Made by a program: the position numbers and the translations under genes
Notes under the pieces: generated by a model
What the model was told of the DNA's origin: nothing
Databases searched by the model: none
The model's input: only the letters and a program-made list of their open reading frames with translations
Source: a virus
Lineage: Duplodnaviria; Caudoviricetes
DNA: 26,466 nucleotides
IMG/VR virus record: IMGVR_UViG_3300031519_000184
Location: 1-26,466 of that record
Reading direction: 5' to 3' (one strand)
In this document: positions 17,454-23,307 of the stretch, piece after piece
How the letters are laid out: each line of letters opens with the position of its first letter
Numbering within the stretch: position 1 is the first letter of the stretch

Positions 17454-18158
17454 ATGGTAATTGCATTAGAAACTAAACCTGAGAAAAAAACTACGTATTG
17501 TCGCTCTAAAGCAGACGACTTCTTTAAGACATTTCCTGTAGAAAAAGTAGAAGCATATAAGGAGTATTGGGAAAGTGTACGACCACAAAATCACGGTGAT
17601 ATTTTTAGGCGTTATCTGTTTGCTTATTGCTCTGTTCATACAAGTTGGCAGGGGAATTGCCGTGGCTATGAAGCCATCAAGCAATATGAAGAATGGATTG
17701 ATGACAAAGAAAAACTCCTAGATAAATTAGCCAATTCAGGAGTAGGTCTACATAATAATCGTACAAAATACATCTGGGATTTTGCAACACAATTCTGGGC
17801 TAAACCTACTGACTTTTATTTGACAACAAAAAAGTATCATGTTAAAAAACGTGATGAAATTGTTGATCGAGTTACTGGTCTTGGTATGGCTAAAGTTTCT
17901 TTTGCATTAGAAATGATTCATCCAAACTTCGCTAGAGTTTTATGTGGTGACGTACATCAATTAAGACTTTACGACATGGAACATTTAACATATAATAAAA
18001 GCAAACAAGGTGTATCAAAATATAAAAGAATGGAGCAACATTGGAGTGTTAATTGTGGTAAACTTAAAGTACCACCTTATATTGCTCGTTGTGTTTATTG
18101 GGATGCCTTACAAGAAAAAGAAGATAGCCGTTACTGGTCTTATGTTCTGGAGGTTTAA
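17454..18158 (+). CDS. HhH-GPD superfamily DNA glycosylase/lyase-like protein (Ogg2/EndoIII-like)
   Basis: HhH VTGLGMAKVSFAL followed by LCGDVHQLR, similar to the Ogg IKGIGYKEASHFL...IIDRHILR pattern; start ATG 17454 after TTGGAG. Confidence 0.65.
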   Translation: MVIALETKPEKKTTYCRSKADDFFKTFPVEKVEAYKEYWESVRPQNHGDIFRRYLFAYCSVHTSWQGNCRGYEAIKQYEEWIDDKEKLLDKLANSGVGLHNNRTKYIWDFATQFWAKPTDFYLTTKKYHVKKRDEIVDRVTGLGMAKVSFALEMIHPNFARVLCGDVHQLRLYDMEHLTYNKSKQGVSKYKRMEQHWSVNCGKLKVPPYIARCVYWDALQEKEDSRYWSYVLEV

Positions 18159-18263
18159 ATGAGTCAAAACGGAAAAGGTGATAAAAATAGACCTAAAAAT
18201 ATATCATACAATACATGGTCAGAAAATTATGATAAGATATTTAGAAAGCAAAATAAAAAATGA
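18159..18263 (+). CDS. small conserved phage peptide (34 aa, MSQNGKGDKNRP...NYDKIF)
   Basis: GGAGG SD; GKG..RP...W/Y D.IF motif that I recall from aquatic phages. Confidence 0.65.
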   Translation: MSQNGKGDKNRPKNISYNTWSENYDKIFRKQNKK

Positions 18264-18364
18264 ATCATACTCTATTAGAAGTATTAAGCGTATGGTGGAT
18301 AGTAGTAGTAATAGATTTAAGTGTAGTATGGTTTTTTCTTAGAATGACTAAAGATAAGAAATAG
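18260..18364 (+). CDS. small membrane peptide (34 aa)
   Basis: ATGA overlap; hydrophobic core with a basic tail. Confidence 0.5.
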   Translation: MNHTLLEVLSVWWIVVVIDLSVVWFFLRMTKDKK

Positions 18365-18407
18365 GTGTAATAAATAATATCACTCTTTTATACTTGGAGG
18401 TATTATT

Positions 18408-18584
18408 ATGATTATGCGTAACGCCTACTATATTGATGACAGTAAAAAAAATAAAACTTTAACAATCCTCGGCAGGATATGTTATGCTCGTATCTCTATG
18501 CAAAAGATGCAAGATATTTTAGATCAGGAAATAGAATTAAATAAACAATTACTAAATGAGTATAAGGAACGTGAAATATGTTAG
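18408..18584 (+). CDS. hypothetical protein (58 aa)
   Basis: TTGGAGG SD; downstream of a GGTGTA motif. Confidence 0.6.
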   Translation: MIMRNAYYIDDSKKNKTLTILGRICYARISMQKMQDILDQEIELNKQLLNEYKEREIC

Positions 18585-18665
18585 AACTAGAACTGATACC
18601 AGTAGTCGGTGTATATATGGTTAGATTAATATATGGACATAATACTAACATGATTACAACTGATT

Positions 18666-19319
18666 ATGAATTTACCATTGGTGAAAAAATATCTGACTCC
18701 GAATAGTATATTAGATATTGGGGCTAATATAGGTCAGTTTTATCTTGCTGCTAAACAAACTTTTCCGAACGCATTTATATTTTCAGTAGAAGGAAATATA
18801 TTATGTGAGAAGCATCTAAGTAAAAACAATCCTAATTATCTCATTAGATTATTAGATTCAGAGATTAGATATAGACACTTGTGGTTAAATAGATCAGCAT
18901 GTCTATCAACCGGATCATCATATTATAAAGAACTATCCGAACATTTTGACTTTGACAATGCTAAATCTTTTGCTATAAAAACTGACACATTAGATGATAC
19001 ATTTCCTTATCAAAATTTTGACTTAATTAAATTAGACACTCAAGGTTCAGAATTAGATATATTAAAAGGTGGTATCAATCTAGTACAAAGAAGTAAAGCC
19101 ATCATTTTAGAAGTATCTCATCAACCCTATAATCAAGATGCTCCTTTGACACATGAAGTAATAGAGTATATGACCGATATTAATTTTTTACTTAAAGAAA
19201 CTTTAGATACAAATGCCGCCCCCAAACAACAATTAGCACACGGCAAAACTTTTCAATCTGATTATTTATTCCTTAACGAATGGTGGTACAATTATTATGA
19301 GCAACTTATACAAAAATAA
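18666..19319 (+). CDS. FkbM-family methyltransferase
   Basis: ILDIGANIGQF, TLDD, LIKLDTQGSELDILKG and IILEVS. Confidence 0.9.
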   Translation: MNLPLVKKYLTPNSILDIGANIGQFYLAAKQTFPNAFIFSVEGNILCEKHLSKNNPNYLIRLLDSEIRYRHLWLNRSACLSTGSSYYKELSEHFDFDNAKSFAIKTDTLDDTFPYQNFDLIKLDTQGSELDILKGGINLVQRSKAIILEVSHQPYNQDAPLTHEVIEYMTDINFLLKETLDTNAAPKQQLAHGKTFQSDYLFLNEWWYNYYEQLIQK

Positions 19320-19482
19320 AGAAGACGGTATGTTCTTTGGTGTTTGTGCGGGTATTTCCGATTACACAGGCATTGATGTGACTATTATAAGATTACTTAC
19401 ATTATTTGGTGCTATAGCTACTGGTAGTATTATCTTCTGGGTATACCTACTTTTAGGCATATTACTACCTAAGAAATCATAA
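19297..19482 (+). CDS. PspC domain-containing protein
   Basis: LYK...D.MFFGVCAGISDYTGIDVTIIRLL...Y.LL.ILLP matches the PspC domain pattern. Confidence 0.88.
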   Translation: MSNLYKNKEDGMFFGVCAGISDYTGIDVTIIRLLTLFGAIATGSIIFWVYLLLGILLPKKS

Positions 19483-19486
19483 ACTG

Positions 19487-19567
19487 ACGTAAGTTGTTGA
19501 TAGGTAAGGACTTACGTGATTTCGTAATTGATATTTCACGTAAGTCTATATCTGACAAGTACTTACG
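19487..19567. repeat. two tandem palindromic units ACGTAAGT-N15-ACTTACG (51-bp period)
   Basis: ACGTAAGT 19487-94 with ACTTACGT 19510-17; ACGTAAGT 19538-45 with ACTTACG 19561-67. The inner arms form the inverted repeat GACTTACGTGA/TCACGTAAGTC. Confidence 0.85.
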
Positions 19568-19596
19568 CAATATAATGAAAAGTTTTAAAGTAATGC

Positions 19597-19625
19597 TTGA
19601 CAAAGGACGATAAGAATAGTAGAAT
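19597..19625 (+). promoter_or_regulatory. sigma70-type promoter with GACGATA box
   Basis: TTGACA-17 bp-TAGAAT. Confidence 0.75.
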
Positions 19626-19678
19626 AAAGAAACAACAAGTGTTGTGTTTTTGATTTATAAACTTGGAGGACAATTAAT

Positions 19679-19963
19679 ATGACAGAAGCAGTACTATCAC
19701 ACAAGCAAACGAGAGTTCGCTGTAGTGATGAGCAATTTCTTGAAGCAGTTTTTTCTAGCAAGACTTATGCAGAAATAGCTGAAAAGACAGGACAAAAAGT
19801 AGCATCCACTATGGCTAGATATAGCAGAACTAAAAAGGCTTTATCATCAAAGGGTGTTGATCTTCCTGAGATGGAACGTAAGAAGCCTAATAGAACTATT
19901 GATAGCGTAGCTAATATGGCGGCTATTGTAGAAAGACTGAAGGCTCATCATACTAATACTTAA
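19679..19963 (+). CDS. HTH-like DNA-binding protein
   Basis: KTYAEIAEKTGQKVASTMARYSR helix-turn-helix pattern; TTGGAGG SD. Confidence 0.65.
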   Translation: MTEAVLSHKQTRVRCSDEQFLEAVFSSKTYAEIAEKTGQKVASTMARYSRTKKALSSKGVDLPEMERKKPNRTIDSVANMAAIVERLKAHHTNT

Positions 19964-19973
19964 TATAAGTATT

Positions 19974-20046
19974 GGGAGTGTAGCCCAAAGGCAGAGGCAC
20001 TGGACTTAAAATCCATACAGTGTGGGTTCGACTCCCGCCACTCCTA
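19974..20046 (+). tRNA. tRNA-Leu (anticodon UAA), short variable loop
   Basis: Acceptor GGGAGTG/CACTCCT plus A73; anticodon arm TGGA-CTTAAAA-TCCA; T arm GTGGG-TTCGACT-CCCGC; CCA not encoded. Confidence 0.92.
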
Positions 20047-20080
20047 TTGTTGTGTTTTACCTTAACTAGAAAGATAGATA

Positions 20081-20242
20081 ATGAATAGTAAGAGTTACTT
20101 TATTGTAGCCGCGTTTGCCAGTTTTGTTTTGAGTGTTTCACTCTGGTTTTTAGGAGATCAGTCTATTGCCAAGGATCAGGCTATTTTTGTAGGTTTATGG
20201 GTTCCTAGCATCCTTTCGCTAGGAGGATATTTTAATGGATGA
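20081..20242 (+). CDS. small two-TM membrane protein (53 aa)
   Basis: ...SFVLSVSLWF...AIFVGLWVPSILSLG, resembling a bacterial small-membrane-protein motif. Confidence 0.7.
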   Translation: MNSKSYFIVAAFASFVLSVSLWFLGDQSIAKDQAIFVGLWVPSILSLGGYFNG

Positions 20243-20441
20243 TTTCGCACTCTTTGTGTGCGGCATTGTGGTTACGCTCGTCGGTGGGATGGGCGTAATC
20301 ACTTCTCAAGTTTTTCTAGGATATTTTAAATATTTAGAAACTGAAAGACTTAGGCAATTAAAGAAAGCCCAAGCACAAATATTAGAACTACAACAAAAAC
20401 AACAGGAGCAACAAAATGAGCAGATCAAACAGGCTATGTAA
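20235..20441 (+). CDS. membrane-anchored protein with a Q-rich coiled tail
   Basis: AGGAGG SD; N-terminal TM segment. Confidence 0.7.
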   Translation: MDDFALFVCGIVVTLVGGMGVITSQVFLGYFKYLETERLRQLKKAQAQILELQQKQQEQQNEQIKQAM

Positions 20442-20736
20442 TGCTTTTGCATTAAATACAAACGATAAATCTGTCATTAAGGGTTTTGAAATCACTACCT
20501 GTAGAGAAATGAATGACTATAATGGAGGGACTGTTATAGAACAGTTGAAAACAGCGGAAGATTTTTTAGATACTGATGAGTTTGGTTTAGATGATCCATT
20601 CTATAGAGTGTTTGCCGTATACAAAAAAGATTATCATAAAACAAGAAGAGCCATAGGAGATTATTACGACATTAAAGAAGCAATGACATTTATTGAAGAA
20701 TTGACAGGTAATCCTGTTCATATATATTCTTACTAA
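20416..20736 (+). CDS. hypothetical protein
   Basis: CAGGAG SD; ORF track. Confidence 0.7.
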   Translation: MSRSNRLCNAFALNTNDKSVIKGFEITTCREMNDYNGGTVIEQLKTAEDFLDTDEFGLDDPFYRVFAVYKKDYHKTRRAIGDYYDIKEAMTFIEELTGNPVHIYSY

Positions 20737-20840
20737 GCTAACAAACTTCTAACATGCCGGAATGGTTTCAAAGGGTATAATAGAGAATCAAGGCTAACTG
20801 TAGCCTCTCGCCAAACTTCCCCACATAAGAGGAATTTATA

Positions 20841-21806
20841 ATGAAAAATCGTAAAGGTTTTACTCTCATCGAATTACTGGTAGTTATTGCAATCATTGGA
20901 GTTTTAGTTGGTCTTTTATTACCCGCTGTTCAGTCTGCAAGAGAAGCGGCACGAAGAATGTCATGTGCCAATAATTTAAAACAACAAGGTTTAGCGGCAC
21001 ATACAAGCATGGATTCACAAAGATACTTTCCTGCTGCTTCTTGGACAGTTGACTCTGCTGGTAAATCTAACACAGGCAATCGTTCAGGCACAGAACATAG
21101 TTGGAGAGCCTCATTACTATCACAAATGGAGCAAAGAGCAATAGCAGATCAATATGATTTTAGTAAAAATTGGTGGGAACAAAATGCTACAGTACTAGGT
21201 GCAAACCTATCTGTATTTAAATGCCCTTCTGCTTTATCTCCTGCCGGTGGTTATGCTAGTGTGGATGGGCCTACTAGAGATGATGACAGTGCTGCTACAA
21301 CCATGAATCCTAATAATCTTGGATATACAGACTATGAAACCTTTACAGGTATTAAAAGTAAAGTATTTCCTGCTGCTTCTGATATTTATGCAGCAAAAGA
21401 TAGAAATGAAGGTTGTTTAATTAAAGACGCAGTAACTAGAGATGCTCATATTAGAGATGGGTTTTCTAACACTTTATTAATTGTAGAGTGCGGAAGTAGA
21501 CCCGATACTTATAAAGCTGATACTAATAATGGTGCAACTCCTACTGGTGCTACTAATCAGTGTATCGGATGGGCAGATAGTGTTGGGCCATTTAAGTTAG
21601 ATGGTATGGATAGTAATGGAGATAAGTGTAAGAATTGTGCTGGTAATATTCCTTTTGGAGTTACTAATAATGGTGAAGCGTTTAGTTTTCATCCCGGCAT
21701 TATGAATGCTTGTTATGCTGATGGTTCAGTCAGAACTATTAATGATAATGTAGATTTATCTGTATTTGCTGCTTTACTTACCAGAGCAGGTGGAGAGACT
21801 AATTAA
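20841..21806 (+). CDS. DUF1559 prepilin-type N-methylation / H-X9-DG domain protein (planctomycete-type)
   Basis: KG|FTLIELLVVIAIIGVLVGLLLPAVQSAREAARRMSCANNLKQ.GLA.H; IRDGFSNTLLIVE; FSFHPGIMNACYADGSVR (H-X9-DG); C-terminal LLTRAGGE. Confidence 0.96.
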   Translation: MKNRKGFTLIELLVVIAIIGVLVGLLLPAVQSAREAARRMSCANNLKQQGLAAHTSMDSQRYFPAASWTVDSAGKSNTGNRSGTEHSWRASLLSQMEQRAIADQYDFSKNWWEQNATVLGANLSVFKCPSALSPAGGYASVDGPTRDDDSAATTMNPNNLGYTDYETFTGIKSKVFPAASDIYAAKDRNEGCLIKDAVTRDAHIRDGFSNTLLIVECGSRPDTYKADTNNGATPTGATNQCIGWADSVGPFKLDGMDSNGDKCKNCAGNIPFGVTNNGEAFSFHPGIMNACYADGSVRTINDNVDLSVFAALLTRAGGETN

Positions 21807-21984
21807 AAATAAAAGTTGGATTATTATTGTTGGGTTGATCTTTTTATATCTGGTAATGCTTTGCTATCCAAAACAGGAAGCATTATCAGACTATGAGAAA
21901 ACAAAAATTTGGAAACTTAGGGATTTCTATTTGGTCTATAAAATGTGGACTGATGAGGAATACAGGAATGTAAATGGTAAATAA
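21790..21984 (+). CDS. small membrane protein
   Basis: Probable GTG start at 21790; TM segment WIIIVGLIFLYLVMLC. Start uncertain. Confidence 0.5.
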   Translation: MERLIKNKSWIIIVGLIFLYLVMLCYPKQEALSDYEKTKIWKLRDFYLVYKMWTDEEYRNVNGK

Positions 21985-22534
21985 CGATTATTTGGCTGAT
22001 ACATCTTATATAGATGATTCTGGTAGCTATTGTGATTTTTTACCTATCAAGGGTGAAGATGATCTAGGGTTTAAAAGTTTTAAACTAAAAAGCAGAGCAG
22101 ATGATACTTATAAAATACAGAAAAAATTAGCTAAGTTCAATTTAGCCCCACAGATCATCACAGAGGTCTGTAAAATTCCATACTCTTATGACCCTGAACT
22201 TTTAAAATACTGGATTCCAGACACTACTACGACCTCTTGGGGATATATTACAGAGAAGGCTACCATGTTAGATATTGATGATATGCCTTATGATAAGTTG
22301 CAAAATCTTGTAGATAAAATCAAACAAAAAGCAGGATTAAAGTTTTGGGATTGCCATTGGACAAATATTGGCTATATTAAAGATAGGCTAGTATGTATAG
22401 ACACAGGAAAAGAAAGTTTTACCCCATATTGTAATGCTTGGGGCTTTCTTGAGCCGGGGCCAAAATGTCCCTATTGTAATGATTATCAGTGTTATTGTTC
22501 TACTAATTATGAGGATGAATTATGCCATATATAA
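21974..22534 (+). CDS. minimal protein-kinase-like fold protein
   Basis: GFKSF (beta3 Lys), LAPQ, YITE, catalytic-loop-like DCHWTNIG, metal-binding-like VCIDTG; Cys-rich tail CPYC...CYC. Confidence 0.65.
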   Translation: MVNNDYLADTSYIDDSGSYCDFLPIKGEDDLGFKSFKLKSRADDTYKIQKKLAKFNLAPQIITEVCKIPYSYDPELLKYWIPDTTTTSWGYITEKATMLDIDDMPYDKLQNLVDKIKQKAGLKFWDCHWTNIGYIKDRLVCIDTGKESFTPYCNAWGFLEPGPKCPYCNDYQCYCSTNYEDELCHI

Positions 22535-22818
22535 ATGAAAGCGCAAGATTAGAATTAGATAATTGTATTGAGAATATGGTTGAGTGCTTAACACATGGAA
22601 ATGATGTGAGTAATGAGGAGTTTATTGTCTTGTTAGGAGAAATTAATTATTGTTTTAGCAGAATACTTGCTAAAAGTATGGGTCAAATTTCATATAGTAA
22701 AATTGCTATGATTACTGGTGTATTAGAGAATGTCAAGCAAGAATTTTATCGTCGTATTGCTACTTCCTATGAAGAGAAAAAGATCATAGAAAATGGTGAT
22801 ATTAAAGAGTACAGGTAA
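22522..22818 (+). CDS. DUF6899-like conserved phage protein
   Basis: MPYI...R...GEINY...GVLENVKQEFYRR.A..YE.KKI.ENGDI. Confidence 0.75.
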   Translation: MPYINESARLELDNCIENMVECLTHGNDVSNEEFIVLLGEINYCFSRILAKSMGQISYSKIAMITGVLENVKQEFYRRIATSYEEKKIIENGDIKEYR

Positions 22819-22821
22819 TAT

Positions 22822-23145
22822 ATGCCCATATCCGAATATTCTAAATTAAGTAAACAACTATCTGATAATAGTAAACAACTATCTATCTTACAAAAAGATA
22901 ATAGAGAACTAAAAAGAATAATTAAAAATCTTGAAAAAAAGATTAATTTAGTTTTAGATAAAATCCAAGACTTTGAAGTAGTGTTTGATGCTGCTGAACT
23001 AATAGAAGACCAAATAGAAAAACAAGACAAAGACAAAAATAAATATAATACTGAATGGAATCCCTATGATGATGAGGATTTCGAGCCAGAAAATTATGAA
23101 AATTATGACGAGGATGATGATGATGATGTTGTCACCGGATACTGA
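22822..23145 (+). CDS. coiled-coil protein with an acidic tail
   Basis: ORF track; D/E-rich C-terminus. Confidence 0.7.
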   Translation: MPISEYSKLSKQLSDNSKQLSILQKDNRELKRIIKNLEKKINLVLDKIQDFEVVFDAAELIEDQIEKQDKDKNKYNTEWNPYDDEDFEPENYENYDEDDDDDVVTGY

Positions 23146-23236
23146 TTGGTTTGATGATTACGATGATGAGGATTTAGAATATCCTTTTCTACCTACCATG
23201 TTCAGATAGAATATGGACTCCAACTTTAATTAATGC

Positions 23237-23265
23237 TTGACACAAGAGATAGCCGATGTTATACT
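23237..23265 (+). promoter_or_regulatory. sigma70-type promoter with GCCGAT box (rIIA-rIIB)
   Basis: TTGACA-17 bp-TATACT with an extended TG. Confidence 0.75.
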
Positions 23266-23307
23266 TAGGCTATCACAGGACAAGAACTTTTTTTTGGAGA
23301 CTAATAG

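Noticed and set aside
19487-19567. CRISPR mini-array or rho-independent terminator
   Set aside because: The units are short palindromic half-sites with 15-nt spacers, with no 25-40-nt direct repeats, no cas genes and no U-tract. No CRISPR array was seen anywhere in the window.
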